Source: Thermodesulfobacteriota bacterium (lineage in GTDB: Bacteria > Desulfobacterota > Desulfarculia > JACQYL01). Taken from it: a DNA stretch of 64,000 nucleotides. Shown one piece after another: positions 36,570-48,073 of this stretch; positions within the stretch are counted from its first letter, which is position 1, and every line of letters begins with the position of its first letter. The notes below the pieces were generated by a model, which saw nothing but the letters and a program-made list of their open reading frames with translations, ran no database searches and was not told the origin of the DNA. A program made the translations under genes and the position numbers. Location: the NCBI GenBank assembly GCA_963675595.2, contig CAXXLZ010000001.1, positions 1,408,001-1,472,000 of the forward strand, written 5' to 3'.

Positions 36570-39500
36570 TCAAGTAGAAGCGGCAAGAGCCTCTCTGACC
36601 TTTGTCGCAAGATTGCTAATCGAGAAGGGCTTCTGAATGAAATGTACCCCCTCGTCCAACACACCGTGATGAGCGATGACGTCGGCTGTATAACCTGAGA
36701 TAAAGAGTGTTCGCACGCTTGGATACATGGTGAATATCCGTTCCGACAATTCTCGCCCGTTCATTTCCGGCATGATCACGTCGGTAATGAGCAGGTCGAT
36801 CCTGCCGTTGTAATTTTTTGCTATTTGTATGGCCGACTCGGGAGTCGAAGCTGAAAGAACGGAGTAACCCAAACGTGTAAGCATTATCTTTGTCAAATCG
36901 AGTATCGCCGGTTCATCCTCCACCAACAAGATCGTATCACTGCCCCGAACAACGTGCTCCACCGATTTGAGACCATCGAATGGCTTGATTTCGTCAATCT
37001 GCCTTGGCAAGTATATTTTGAATGTCGTACCCGATCCAGGCTCACTGTATACGTTGACGAAGCCTCGATTCTGTTTGACTATGCCGTAGACCGTCGCCAA
37101 ACCCAGTCCAGTACCTTCTCCAGGTGCTTTGGTGGTAAAAAAAGGCTCAAATAGATTATTCAGGGTTTCCTTGTCCATCCCGTACCCGTTATCGCTCACG
37201 GCCAGAACGACGAAGTCTCCAGGCAACACATCCGGGTTTTCAAAGTGGCATTGGTCATTGAATGCCATGTTCCCCGTTTCGATTATGACCTCACCTGCGC
37301 CGGAAATGGCATCACGCGCATTGACACACAGGTTGGCCAGAATCTGGTCTACTTGGGAGGGATCCAGTTTGACGTGCCACAAGTTATCGCCCGGCAGCCA
37401 CGATAGTCTGATATCCTCCCCGATGAGTCGTCTCAGCATCTTGAGGGTTCCTTCCACCGTCGCATTCAGGTCGAGAACTCTCGGTGTGATGGGCTGCTGA
37501 CGGGCAAAGGCAAGGAGCTGACGAGTGAGATCTGCGGAGCGCCTTGCGGCTTTCGCAACCTCCATCAGGTGACCTGAGAGCGGCTCGGATGCATCCATGT
37601 TGCCCAAAGCCAGTTCGGTGTGACCCAATATGACGCCCAGCATGTTGTTGAAATCGTGGGCCACGCCCCCGGCCAAACGACCAATTGACTCCATCTTGTG
37701 TGCCTGTGTCAGTTGCGCTTGCAACCTTTCCCTCTCCCGTTCTCCCAGTTTGCGATTTGTGATGTCCGAATCCGTACCGACCATTCGGTATGCCCTTCCA
37801 TTCGTATCACGTATCGCCGAACCGCGAGCAAGAAAATATCGAATACTTCCGTCTTTACAGGTCATTTTGTGTTCCGCGAAGAGCTCCGGAGTATCCCCCC
37901 TAATAGCCTCACGTACTGATTGTAAAACTCCTTCGACATCATCTGGATGAATATGTTTGGCCCAATCTTGTATGTGATTTCGAATCTCGTGATCTTCGTA
38001 CCCCAATAGCTGTTTAAGTATCGGGTCAATGTACATATCACCAGTACTCATATTCCAATCCCAAACTCCCACCCTACCTGCTTTTGTAGTTAGGCGATAT
38101 CGCGATTCCCTTTCTTTAAGGTCTGCCATCATGTCTTCATGCTCGAGAACGATGGCAGCCCTTGCGGCAAAGCTTCTAAGTACATCCAAGGCGGGTGTCT
38201 GCTTATGCATGTCATTATTACTCATGACTGCGAAAATACCTATGACATTATCATGGGAATTTCGGAGAGTTGTGCCCCAATAACTATTGATATTTAAGCC
38301 AACAAGCATTGAATTGTCAGGAAACAGATTTTTAACGTTGCTGGGATAAAAACATGTCCCCTGTAGCATCAAATGCTGGCAGGGCCCTCCTTCCAAAGAA
38401 TAGCTAAAATTGTCCACAAAGCCATCGACTGAATAAGCAACTTTTGTATCGGCTTTACAGGAATTTATAGGATTTATTCGAGCAATCAATGCCATGCGGG
38501 CCTTCATCAGGTCTGCCGCTTCCCTTACCATGACTCGGCAGATGGCGTCTCCTGAACGGTCTCCACACTCTGCCAGAACCTGTAGAGCTTTTTCTATTCG
38601 GCGTCTCTCCGAGATGTCATTGATGCTCGAAAGTACGCAGACTTCGTTATCGATGTTAATGGTTTGAGCTGAGAACAACCCTGTAATAACTTCACCATCC
38701 TTCCTTCGGAAGAGAAACTCCTCACCACTGACGATCTCTCCTTTGGAAAGGGCCGACACTACTCTATTTCGGTCATTCTCGTTGACCCATAATCGAAGTC
38801 CGATTGACGAATCTGAGATCGCCTCTTCTCGAGAAAACCCACTGACCGCCGAAAACGCATCATTCACGTCAATGAATCTACCATCTTCGGCACGCGTGAC
38901 AGTGACGATGTAGGGCGAGGTCTGAAAAGCCTTGGAGAACTTTTCCTCGCTTAAGCGTAGCGTATCCCCGGACTCAATCTTATGAAGGCCGAAACTCAGA
39001 TCACGCGAAAGCTCTTCAAACAAAGCTTTCTCCTCGGCATCCGAGGCCAGACTCTCAGGTATGGACACGGCCAGAGTCCCATAAATTTTTCCGCCATGAT
39101 CGAGCCTGCACACTAGTACGGAACGTCCGATAAATTGTGCAGAGGCAAAATGACCCGGAAGCTTAGGAGGCCTTTTGAGCACCAAAGCTCGGTCATGTTC
39201 CAGCGCTCGTTTCAGATAGTCCGGCACATCTCCCTTTTCGAGCCGAACCCTCGCGTTCCCCGTCTCTACATCAAAGTAAGAACAAGCCGAAGTCACCGAC
39301 CGGCCGTCTGCATCCAATAGTACAATCCAAACATTGTGGTAGCCCAATACCATGTCTGTCAGTCTTGCACAGGTTTTCCGGATCAGCTCCAGCGAATCTA
39401 CTTCTTGAACAATGAGTTGGTTCACACTGCGTATGGCCATCAGCACCCGCTCGAGGTGAGCCTTTCGTTCTTCGGCCCGTTTTCGATCTGTTATATCGGT

Positions 39501-40037
39501 AACAGTCAGCAGCAGGGTGCGAGGTTGATCGCCCACCGAGATGCTTGCGTGGTCGGCTGTCCTGGCCTGCAATTGGACCCAAAGAGATTGATCACCGGAA
39601 AGAAGCTCTACCTCGGCATGTTTTCCCAAAGGTTTCTTGAAAAGCGCCTTATATCGTGCCCGGAAAGGTCCTCGGTCCGCCTCCCCCACAAAAGCAACGA
39701 AAGCTCGTCCTTTCACCTTGGCCATGGGGCGTTGGACCATTTCCAGGAAAGTGCGGTTGGCCTCCAATATTCGATTGGTATGGTCAAGAACCACGTATCC
39801 CACGGGAGCAAAGTGGAAAAGATCATGGAACTTGTCCAGCGACTCTCTAAGAGCCTCCTGGGTGCACCGGAGCTCTTCATTTTGAATTTCAAGTTCGGAC
39901 TGATACACCCTCAGTTCCTGAAGCAGCCTTTCGCTGCTTTCATGATGTCGTTCGGTACGGCACGGAGGTTCCGCCACCTCACTCGCCTCAATTCGTTCCT
40001 CAAGGCTCTCTTCCTCTCGACGTTCATCTTTTTTCAT
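36570..40037 (-). CDS. Hybrid histidine kinase PAS-GAF-PAS-GAF-PAS-HisKA-HATPase-REC
   Basis: N-terminal [28 protein letters not shown]-box AHDFNNML and a C-terminal receiver. Confidence 0.95.
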   Translation of the reverse strand: MKKDERREEESLEERIEASEVAEPPCRTERHHESSERLLQELRVYQSELEIQNEELRCTQEALRESLDKFHDLFHFAPVGYVVLDHTNRILEANRTFLEMVQRPMAKVKGRAFVAFVGEADRGPFRARYKALFKKPLGKHAEVELLSGDQSLWVQLQARTADHASISVGDQPRTLLLTVTDITDRKRAEERKAHLERVLMAIRSVNQLIVQEVDSLELIRKTCARLTDMVLGYHNVWIVLLDADGRSVTSACSYFDVETGNARVRLEKGDVPDYLKRALEHDRALVLKRPPKLPGHFASAQFIGRSVLVCRLDHGGKIYGTLAVSIPESLASDAEEKALFEELSRDLSFGLHKIESGDTLRLSEEKFSKAFQTSPYIVTVTRAEDGRFIDVNDAFSAVSGFSREEAISDSSIGLRLWVNENDRNRVVSALSKGEIVSGEEFLFRRKDGEVITGLFSAQTINIDNEVCVLSSINDISERRRIEKALQVLAECGDRSGDAICRVMVREAADLMKARMALIARINPINSCKADTKVAYSVDGFVDNFSYSLEGGPCQHLMLQGTCFYPSNVKNLFPDNSMLVGLNINSYWGTTLRNSHDNVIGIFAVMSNNDMHKQTPALDVLRSFAARAAIVLEHEDMMADLKERESRYRLTTKAGRVGVWDWNMSTGDMYIDPILKQLLGYEDHEIRNHIQDWAKHIHPDDVEGVLQSVREAIRGDTPELFAEHKMTCKDGSIRYFLARGSAIRDTNGRAYRMVGTDSDITNRKLGERERERLQAQLTQAHKMESIGRLAGGVAHDFNNMLGVILGHTELALGNMDASEPLSGHLMEVAKAARRSADLTRQLLAFARQQPITPRVLDLNATVEGTLKMLRRLIGEDIRLSWLPGDNLWHVKLDPSQVDQILANLCVNARDAISGAGEVIIETGNMAFNDQCHFENPDVLPGDFVVLAVSDNGYGMDKETLNNLFEPFFTTKAPGEGTGLGLATVYGIVKQNRGFVNVYSEPGSGTTFKIYLPRQIDEIKPFDGLKSVEHVVRGSDTILLVEDEPAILDLTKIMLTRLGYSVLSASTPESAIQIAKNYNGRIDLLITDVIMPEMNGRELSERIFTMYPSVRTLFISGYTADVIAHHGVLDEGVHFIQKPFSISNLATKVREALAAST

Positions 40038-40472
40038 GCCGTTCCCTTCAAGAACCCAACGAAAGCCTTCTTTCCCCGTTCGTGTTCACAGGGTCAAAGG
40101 GAGAACGCTCTTACCGCCGGACCCCCGGTACTAAATTCCCGCCTGTAGGTGACGAAGCCGAAAGAGGGAGCTTCTTTGCCGATTCAGGGGATGTAAGTAA
40201 CGATGGAAATCAGCGAGGAAACCTGTTTTCCCTCAGCCTTTCCGCCGAAGGCGGTGACGCCTGCTTGAACCGTTTCAAGGGGGGTGCACGGGGGGAGCTT
40301 CTTCAAAAGTTCCCCCGTGAACGATTACCTTTCTCCGGTCCGCCATATGCTGCACCGTCATCACGCATGCTTTTCATCCCCTAAACGAACCATGAGATTG
40401 ATTCCAACGTCATTCCCAGTAAGAGCCCATATTGCCGCCTCGCTTGTTCCGGCAACCCGTTAAAAAACTAAG

Positions 40473-42134
40473 CTAAACCCGAAAGCGTCCGACCATATTG
40501 CCCAGATCTTCGGACAGCCGATATAATTCTTTGGCGCTGTCATCCACCCGCCGGCTGCTTTCCGTGATGCCGGACGCAGTCCGGCTGACCTGGATGATGT
40601 CTTCAGCAATTCGTCCCGATGCCGCCGAGCCCTGGACCACGTGCTGGTTCACTTCGTCGATGCCCGCTGCAGCCTGGTTGGCGTTCTTCGCGATATTGCG
40701 AGTCGTCGCCGACTGCTCTTCAACAGCCTCGGCAATTCCCGATACAATATGGTTGATTTCCTCGACAACCTTGGAAATTTCGCCCATACCACTCACCGTG
40801 TCGTCGGTTACAAGCTGAACCTGTGCGATACGGGTCTTGATTTCGTCGGTAGCCTCAGCCGTCTGCCTTGCCAGTTTCTTAATCTCGGTCGCAACCACCG
40901 CAAACCCTTTGCCCGCTTCGCCGGCTCTGGCAGCTTCTATAGTGGCGTTCAGCGCCAGGAGTTTGACCTGCTCGGAGATATCGGTAATGGTCTCCACGAC
41001 TTCACCAATGGAATCGGCGGACTTTCCCAGTTCTCGTACACCCTCCGAAAGGCTCCGAGCGCGATCAACCGCCCCGGTCGTGAAAACACGTGCCTTTTCC
41101 GTTCTTTCTGCGATCCCGCCGATGGTTGCCGCCATCTGATCCGCAGCGGAACTCACCATGCCCACACCGCCTGAAGCCTGCAACATAGACGCCGCAACCG
41201 AGTTCATGTTCGCGCTCATCTCCGTGGCGTTGCCCGCAAGCATATCGGATTTGTCCGCCACGAGTTCGGCCTCTGCCGACATTTCCTCCGATATGGCGGA
41301 AAGAGCCTTTGACGCAGTGTTGAGCAAGTCGGAGCCTTTCGAAATCTTTCTCATTTCACACCGCATGGTTTCAGAGAGCGAATTGACGGAAAGAGACAGG
41401 CGGCCCATTTCGTCATCGCTGCGAACATCGCACCGTGCCGTCAAATCACCCTGCGCCAAGGAGCTCATGGCTTTTTCGATCCATTCTACCGGACGCGAGA
41501 TGGAGAAATAATTGATTATGGACAAACACACCACGATCGGAATCACGGCGAGCGTGAGCCACAGTCCGAACTGGGCTCTGCGTTGCGACATCATCGCAGT
41601 TTTCTCCAACGCAGACTCCAGCTCCTCGGTCGCCGCCTTTTGCATTTCCGAAACCAAATTCAGGTATTCATCCTTCTTCTTTCGGAAGACTCCCGTTGCC
41701 TCAGCTATCCGGGCAAAATCCTGATCGATGGTCAGGTCAACGAGAGCGGTTCCGACTCCCAATACCTCATCCGTCATCCCGGAAGCCGTCCGGCAAAGTT
41801 CCTGGAACCGTTCGTCCTGTGACTTCTCCCCCGCTTCCAACAGCTTCTTCTTGAGTTCTTGGGCCAAATCCCGGGCTGTTGCCATCCCGGCGTCCGTGGC
41901 GGCCAACGCACTCGATTCGATATGATTGACGATGGAGCGGGCGGTTGATGCGGCCTTCTCGGAAATCATTGCCAGGACGAATTTGACTTCCTTCACACTC
42001 GTCACCACCTCCACGTTTTTCTTCAACGCCGTGTATCCACTGATGGAAAGGATCAGAAGCGCCAGCAAACAAGTGCCGGATGCTATGAGCAGTTTCCATC
42101 GTATTGAAAGTTTCTTCAACATCCCGCCCCCCAT
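40473..42134 (-). CDS. Methyl-accepting chemotaxis protein (2 TM, HAMP)
   Basis: [37 protein letters not shown] and HAMP GDLT...DEMG. Confidence 0.95.
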   Translation of the reverse strand: MGGGMLKKLSIRWKLLIASGTCLLALLILSISGYTALKKNVEVVTSVKEVKFVLAMISEKAASTARSIVNHIESSALAATDAGMATARDLAQELKKKLLEAGEKSQDERFQELCRTASGMTDEVLGVGTALVDLTIDQDFARIAEATGVFRKKKDEYLNLVSEMQKAATEELESALEKTAMMSQRRAQFGLWLTLAVIPIVVCLSIINYFSISRPVEWIEKAMSSLAQGDLTARCDVRSDDEMGRLSLSVNSLSETMRCEMRKISKGSDLLNTASKALSAISEEMSAEAELVADKSDMLAGNATEMSANMNSVAASMLQASGGVGMVSSAADQMAATIGGIAERTEKARVFTTGAVDRARSLSEGVRELGKSADSIGEVVETITDISEQVKLLALNATIEAARAGEAGKGFAVVATEIKKLARQTAEATDEIKTRIAQVQLVTDDTVSGMGEISKVVEEINHIVSGIAEAVEEQSATTRNIAKNANQAAAGIDEVNQHVVQGSAASGRIAEDIIQVSRTASGITESSRRVDDSAKELYRLSEDLGNMVGRFRV

Positions 42135-42190
42135 AAGAATCTTCCATCCGCAGCCGATTACCCCATACCCCGACGTAGGGAAACATGAAG

Positions 42191-42212
42191 GCCGCCGGGA
42201 GGTCCCGGCGGC
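42191..42212 (-). terminator. Inverted repeat after the rhodanese stop
   Basis: GCCGCCGGGA-GG-TCCCGGCGGC. Confidence 0.5.
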
Positions 42213-42218
42213 CGCGGT

Positions 42219-42944
42219 CTACTTCTCCAAAGCGAAACCTCGAGTCATCCAGGCCATCAGGCCGCCCTGCAAGCGTTCGACGTCTTCGTACCCTTTGGTC
42301 TTGAGAAAGCGTCCGGCGACCAGCACCTGCTTCCCGGCATGATCCACAACGATGATCTTCCTTCCTTTCGGAATTTCGGAAAACCGGTCGGATAGATGCT
42401 CCAGTGGGATTCGATAACTGCCTTTAATGCAACCCATGCCATACAAGGACGGTGTCCGAACATCCAATATGATCGCTTTGTCCAAAAGGCCTTTCACCTC
42501 ATCCGCCCCAAGGGATGAAACCTCCAAACCCGGCAATGCATGTTGTGTGTCTAGGGAAAAGCCCGCCTTGACCCAACCGGGTATGCCTTCCTTGAAAGTC
42601 ATGACTCTTGTGTACCCCCTCTTGGCCGCCAGACCGGCGGCTTCTTTGTACATCACTCATTTGGGCCCTAAACAGTAGGTGATGATCGGCACATTCAAAT
42701 CCGAAGGCAATCGATCGCTGCTCGAGATCGTTTCGAGTGGAACATTTATGGATCCGGGAATATGCCCCTCGTTAAATTCAAGATCACTTAACGGATTCAG
42801 TATGAAGACTTTCTCCCCGGCGTCCATCTTGCTTTTTAGCTCCTTGGCCGTCAGGTCCGGAAAATCCGACGATAAAACCAAGCCGGATTTTAGCGTAAAG
42901 GCCGCAATAAATAGCATACAATATAGTAAAGTCTTGCTTCGCAT
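42219..42944 (-). CDS. Exported tandem rhodanese-domain selenoprotein (UGA at 42657-42659 read as Sec)
   Basis: Two in-frame ORFs are separated by a single TGA in YCLGPK-U-VMY, and a SECIS-like hairpin follows. There is a signal peptide and GHIPGS / EGIPGW / GGLMAW rhodanese motifs. Confidence 0.82.
42625..42641 (-). promoter_or_regulatory. Bacterial SECIS-like stem-loop
   Basis: GCCGCC-GGTCT-GGCGGC begins 15 nt after the TGA. The GGUCU loop resembles the E. coli fdhF SECIS apical region. Confidence 0.72.
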
Positions 42945-43111
42945 TAATATGCCTCCAAAAAGGAACATAACATCAAATGACACACAACCAAGCGAACCAT
43001 ATCACAAGATATGTCCAATGTAGCATATTCCGTCTATATCACCTCCCCCGCTCTTATAGGATATTGTGTCGCTTGTTGAGTAGAGTCCAAAGATAATAAA
43101 ATACTGAAATT

Positions 43112-46100
43112 TCAGTGTCCATCGGTCAACGCCTCCCTCACCTTTGCCGCCAGTCTTTTTGCCGAAAAGGGTTTCTCAATGAAATGCATCCCGGTTTCCA
43201 AAACCCCGTGTCGGGCAATCACATCCGCCGTATAACCTGAAGAGAACAGGACGTTCAGTCGTGAATATCGTGATAGGAGACGCTCCGCCAGTTGTTTTCC
43301 GTTCATTTCCGGCATGATCAGGTCGGTCATGAGCAAGTCTATCCCGCCCGCATGTTCGTCCGCCAATTGCAGGGCCTTCTTTGGGGAGTTCGCTTCCATC
43401 ACCCGATATCCCAGTCTTTCAAGAAGCCTCTTGGTCACCGTGCGTACGGCTTCCTCATCTTCCACCAAGAGGATGCTCTCCCACCCCCCCGGCACGGATT
43501 TCATCTCTGCTGTTTCTCGAGTCGATCCTTCTTCTCCCAAGTATCTCGGGAGATGGATATTGAATGTCGTTCCTTTGCCCGGTTCGCTTAGAACATCAAT
43601 GAAGCCCCCGTTCTGTTTGACGATTCCGTCCACCGTGGCCAAGCCGAGGCCCGTGCCTTCCCCTACCCCTTTGGTGGTGAAGAACGGTTCGAAGAGATTA
43701 CCGACCGTTTTTTCATCCATGCCGCAGCCGTCGTCGATTACGGCGATCATCACGCAATCGCCGCGTATCGAGCCTTCACGGCATGCGTCCTGTTGATCGC
43801 CAAAGGCGACATTCTTCGTCTCTATGACGATGCTACCCGTTCCCGAAATGGCGTCCCGCGCGTTGACACACAGATTGGCGAGCATTTGATGGATCTGGGA
43901 AGGGTCGATTTTGACGGACCACAAACCACCACCCGGGAGCCAGACCATCTCGATGTCCTCACCGATCAGACGCCGCAGCATTCTGAGCATGTCCTCCATG
44001 ATCTCGTTCAGATTCAGCACCTTGGGGCTCACAATCTGTTTTCGTGCAAAGGTCAGAAGCTGCTGTGTCAGATCCGCGGACCGTTTGGCCGCCTTTTGGA
44101 TTTCTAGGAGGTCGGAATAGATTGGTTGGGGCGGACTTGTCTCGTCCATAGCCATTTCAGTGTGTCCCAGGATCACTCCCAGCATGTTGTTGAAGTCGTG
44201 GGCCACACCGCCGGCCAGTCGACCCACCGACTCCATTTTCTGAGCCTGGGCCAACTGGACCCGCAACCTTTCCCGATCCGCTTCGGCCTTCTTGAGTTCG
44301 GTAACGTCTTCCGAGACTCCTTCAATCCAACCTTTGCTCGGCACGAGTCTGGCGGAATTGCGCATCCAGAAAGTCGAACCATCTTTTCTCTTGAAACGCG
44401 CCTCATAATCTCGGACTTCGCCGTGGGCCTTCAAAAGCCGAAGCATCCTCACACGATCTTTGGCGTCGACATATTGATCGGCGATGCCGAAAGGTTCGGC
44501 GAGCAACGAATCCCTGTCCGGATATCCCAGAAATGCGGCTTGCGCGTTGTTTGCCTCCAGCAGCATCCCTGATTCCATCTCCAACCTGAAAAGACCGATC
44601 TGAGAATTGATAAAGATGTTTCTGTAGGTTTCCTCAGCGGTCCGGAGCGCCTCTTCCATTTGTTTGCGCTCCGTCACATCGACCATGACCGTCAAGAAAT
44701 ACCGCCGCCTCTGAGCATCAACGACCTCACCCGAAAAGAGACCCTCCAATATCTTCCCGTCTTTGCGCCTCACCTGCAGCTCAAAGCCGCTGATTCGTCC
44801 TTCATGTTCAAGTTTCTCCGCTATCACCGCCTGTTGCCGCGAGTCCGGAAACAACCCGAGTTCCGCGGAACTCCTGCCGATGACCTCCGAAACATCATAC
44901 CCGAGGGTCTTGAGGAACGCGTCGTTGACATCCACAAAACGACGATCCGGTGAGCTGGAGAGCGCCATTGAGGCGGGGTTGTGCCGAAACAGGCTTTCGA
45001 ACCGCTGTTGCGCTTCCCGTTCCGCGGTCAGGTCCTTGCTGATGCCGAAGACACAGTCCCGCTCATTCCACTTGCCGAGCCACGCACGGGTCTCGACCGC
45101 AAAGATCGCACCGCCCTTGGCGACTATGGGCAGGGGACAAGTATCCCGTTCGCCTCGCAGCATGGCTGCGAATATCCTCTCCGCCTCCCCTCGCACCTCT
45201 CTCGGATGAAGGTCCGGAATGTGCATGGCGATCAGTTCTTCCGAACGGTAACCCAGCTTCTTCTCGACCGCGGAATTGCAGTATAATATCCGCCCTTCCG
45301 GAGTCGCCACCATGACCATGTCGGTCATGGTCTCGAAAAAAGTGCGGAAGTTGGTCTCGCTTTCCTTTAATCTGCTTTCCGTCCGCTTGAGCTCGGTGAT
45401 GTCCGTAGTGGTGCCGAAAGCCACCACATGGCCGTTCGGCTGTCTGCGGGCGGATCCGTGGGAACGCACCCACACTGGGGCGCCGTCGGCTCTGCACAGC
45501 CGGTACTCGACACTCTCATGCTGCTTGAGCGACGCCAGCCCGGATTCCAGCGTGTCTTTGACCGCCGGAATATCCTCCGGATGCACGTGGGAAAGGAATG
45601 CATCCGGACCGCACCCCACCGTTCCCTCGGGCAGTCCCAAAATCCGGTCCAATGCCGTGGAAATGTAGCTGCCGACAAATTGACCGCATTCATCCACTTC
45701 GTAGCGCCAAACGATGTCGGAGATATTGGAAATGAGCTCTTGATATCGGGCCTTGCTAGCTCTGAGCCCCTCCTCGGCCTCTCGTCTCGCGGTGATGTCG
45801 ATACCCGTGGCCAGAATTCGGTCCACTCCTCCGATGTTCACCGGGACCAGTCGAACCTGCTCCCAGAAGGCTTCACCGGTCCTTTTGCGATTGAGCCATT
45901 CGAACTGCTGAGGTCCTTCCAGAGCCGTCTTCCGAATCCAACCCAAAGCCTCTTCGGCGGAGTAGGGAGGCTCAGCCCAGAAATCATTCGCCTTGAGCTC
46001 CTCGATGGATGAAAACCCGTAGCTGGATACGGCCGTCGGATTGGCCTCGATGATTTCGCCGGTATTCTTATCGTGAATGATGATGGAGACCGGTGATTCC

Positions 46101-47482
46101 ATGAACAATGATTCGAATTGTCGTTCCTTGTCTCGTCGGGCTTCGTCCGCACGCTTGAGTTCAGTGATGTCCATGTGCGTCCCGCACATGCGCACGGGAT
46201 TCCCTTGCGCATCCCGCTCGATCACCCGGCCTTTGTCCAGCACCCAAACCCAGTCGCCGGATTTGTGGAGCAGGCGTTGTTCCGCCTCATAGGCATTTGT
46301 GAGGCCGTCCAAATGGAACTGCAGGGCAGCCATCACACGGGGCCTGTCTTCCGGATGGATCAGGGCCTCCCAGGCCCGTACATGGGGCTCGATCTCCTCC
46401 GGCGAATAACCCAGCATTTCCGCCCATCGCTCGTTGACGATCACCGCCCCGGTAGGAACGTGCCAGTCCCACGTACCGAGGTTTGCTCCCGCAACGACCA
46501 GTCTCAAGCGTTCCTCGCTTAGCCGGAGTTCCCGAGTCCGTTCTTCCAGTCGATCCTGAACCCCAAGGAGGGACCTCTCCCTCCGAGCTTTTGCGCAAAT
46601 CTCTATGAGATACTCCGGATCGAAAGGCTTTCTCAAGAAAGCGGCGGCGCCGCGTTTCATCCAGTCCAGGGCCAATCTCGGGTCCGGATCCGCGGTCATC
46701 ATGACACATACGCAGTCCGGCCGTTCCTTTCGGAACAGATCCAGCAACCGCCCTCCGTTTCCGTCGGGCAGGCGGTAGTCGATGACGGCCACGTCGAAGC
46801 TTGACCGATGGAAAGCCTCTGCCGCCTCTTCCACCGTCCCAACCGCTTCAGGCTGATAACCGCTCTCTTCAAACGTTTCCTTGAGCATAGCAGCCAAGGC
46901 TTCGCCGTCCTCGATGATCAGAACACGGAGGCGTTCCCGGATGCTTGCGCCGCGTAGAAGGCTCCGGATCTTCCCGATGAATCGAACGCCGTCCAACTGC
47001 GAAGACAGGAAACCGTCGGCGCCCAGATCGGCTGCGATCAGTTCAGCCTCCTCGCCCCCATAAGTCGCGGATACCACCAGGATGGGTATCCGGTTGAATG
47101 CGGCATAGTCGGGAGAACGCAGCAGGCGGCAAAGCCGCCATCCGTCGATGCCCGGCATATGAAGATCGGTCACGATGAGGGCCGGCATTGCGTCGGAATC
47201 ACCGTTCGATTCTCGCTCCCATGCGGTCATGGCGGCCAGGGCGACCTCCGCACCGGAGAACAGGCGGGTCTCCAGACCCGCCTTGCGCAACAACACGGAA
47301 ATCAGGTTCAGCTGTGTGGCATCGTCATTGACCACGACTGCAAATGCGTTTTGGGGCATGCGCCCTTCCTCATTCATGAGTTCTTCTTTCGGCTCCTTTC
47401 TTGTTTCGGGGAAACCCGTGGCAACAAACTCCCTCCCATTTTCCCGTGACTCCGTAATCATTATGTTAATTCCATCGGTCAT
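43112..47482 (-). CDS. Hybrid histidine kinase REC-REC-PAS(n)-HisKA-HATPase-REC (paralog of 6034..10338; start uncertain)
   Basis: Same VVNDD..QL / TDLHMPGIDGW.LCRL.RSP.YA N-terminus, H-box and C-terminal receiver. Confidence 0.95.
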   Translation of the reverse strand: MTDGINIMITESRENGREFVATGFPETRKEPKEELMNEEGRMPQNAFAVVVNDDATQLNLISVLLRKAGLETRLFSGAEVALAAMTAWERESNGDSDAMPALIVTDLHMPGIDGWRLCRLLRSPDYAAFNRIPILVVSATYGGEEAELIAADLGADGFLSSQLDGVRFIGKIRSLLRGASIRERLRVLIIEDGEALAAMLKETFEESGYQPEAVGTVEEAAEAFHRSSFDVAVIDYRLPDGNGGRLLDLFRKERPDCVCVMMTADPDPRLALDWMKRGAAAFLRKPFDPEYLIEICAKARRERSLLGVQDRLEERTRELRLSEERLRLVVAGANLGTWDWHVPTGAVIVNERWAEMLGYSPEEIEPHVRAWEALIHPEDRPRVMAALQFHLDGLTNAYEAEQRLLHKSGDWVWVLDKGRVIERDAQGNPVRMCGTHMDITELKRADEARRDKERQFESLFMESPVSIIIHDKNTGEIIEANPTAVSSYGFSSIEELKANDFWAEPPYSAEEALGWIRKTALEGPQQFEWLNRKRTGEAFWEQVRLVPVNIGGVDRILATGIDITARREAEEGLRASKARYQELISNISDIVWRYEVDECGQFVGSYISTALDRILGLPEGTVGCGPDAFLSHVHPEDIPAVKDTLESGLASLKQHESVEYRLCRADGAPVWVRSHGSARRQPNGHVVAFGTTTDITELKRTESRLKESETNFRTFFETMTDMVMVATPEGRILYCNSAVEKKLGYRSEELIAMHIPDLHPREVRGEAERIFAAMLRGERDTCPLPIVAKGGAIFAVETRAWLGKWNERDCVFGISKDLTAEREAQQRFESLFRHNPASMALSSSPDRRFVDVNDAFLKTLGYDVSEVIGRSSAELGLFPDSRQQAVIAEKLEHEGRISGFELQVRRKDGKILEGLFSGEVVDAQRRRYFLTVMVDVTERKQMEEALRTAEETYRNIFINSQIGLFRLEMESGMLLEANNAQAAFLGYPDRDSLLAEPFGIADQYVDAKDRVRMLRLLKAHGEVRDYEARFKRKDGSTFWMRNSARLVPSKGWIEGVSEDVTELKKAEADRERLRVQLAQAQKMESVGRLAGGVAHDFNNMLGVILGHTEMAMDETSPPQPIYSDLLEIQKAAKRSADLTQQLLTFARKQIVSPKVLNLNEIMEDMLRMLRRLIGEDIEMVWLPGGGLWSVKIDPSQIHQMLANLCVNARDAISGTGSIVIETKNVAFGDQQDACREGSIRGDCVMIAVIDDGCGMDEKTVGNLFEPFFTTKGVGEGTGLGLATVDGIVKQNGGFIDVLSEPGKGTTFNIHLPRYLGEEGSTRETAEMKSVPGGWESILLVEDEEAVRTVTKRLLERLGYRVMEANSPKKALQLADEHAGGIDLLMTDLIMPEMNGKQLAERLLSRYSRLNVLFSSGYTADVIARHGVLETGMHFIEKPFSAKRLAAKVREALTDGH

Positions 47483-47677
47483 GGCTCACTGACTGCCAAC
47501 ACAACCGCTCTCATGGATATGGAGAAATCTTGACGCACGATACCGTTGCCGATCCGAGATTCGACGGACACTGCAATCGATTTTCCGTTTCGCGGGTGGA
47601 ACAGCGGGTAGATCGGCGTCAAACATGTGCCGTCATGTCTTCGGCGACGAGGTCTTACTCATTACCTACCGGCTTCA

Positions 47678-48073
47678 TCACCGGATCAAACCCAACTTTC
47701 TCAATTCTTAGAGGAAACGGCTTTTATCAACAGGTTTCACCAGGTAACTATCGCAAAGACCGCCATAGGCCTCGCTTACGGACCTGAAGTCATCCAAAGC
47801 CGTTGTCATGACAATCTTGGCACCATTGGATGAAAGTATGCCTCTAGCTTCCTCGTCCGCGCGAATTTCCTTCAGCGCTCTTTGCCCGTCCATCTTGGGC
47901 ATCATAATGTCCAGACAAACCAAATCGTAAGGCTCTCCCGCCTCCATGGCCGGACGAAATGCCCGGCCCCCTTCCTCTCCGTTGACCGCAATATGCACCG
48001 TGCCGAAACCCTTCAGAAATTCCTGCAGAATCACACGGCTGATGAAATCGTCCTCCACGATCAATGTCTTCAC
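47678..48073 (-). pseudogene. CheY-like single-domain receiver with probable premature TAA at 47708-47710
   Basis: LIVEDD, LVCLDIMMP, MTTA and YLVKP. The frame continues past TAA as ELRKLGLIR to a TGA at 47678. Confidence 0.65.

Noticed and set aside
40288-40320. REP-like palindrome CACGGGGGGA...TCCCCCGTG and nearby hairpins as a riboswitch
   Set aside because: There is only a single copy in the window and no recognisable aptamer consensus, so it cannot be assigned without an Rfam search.
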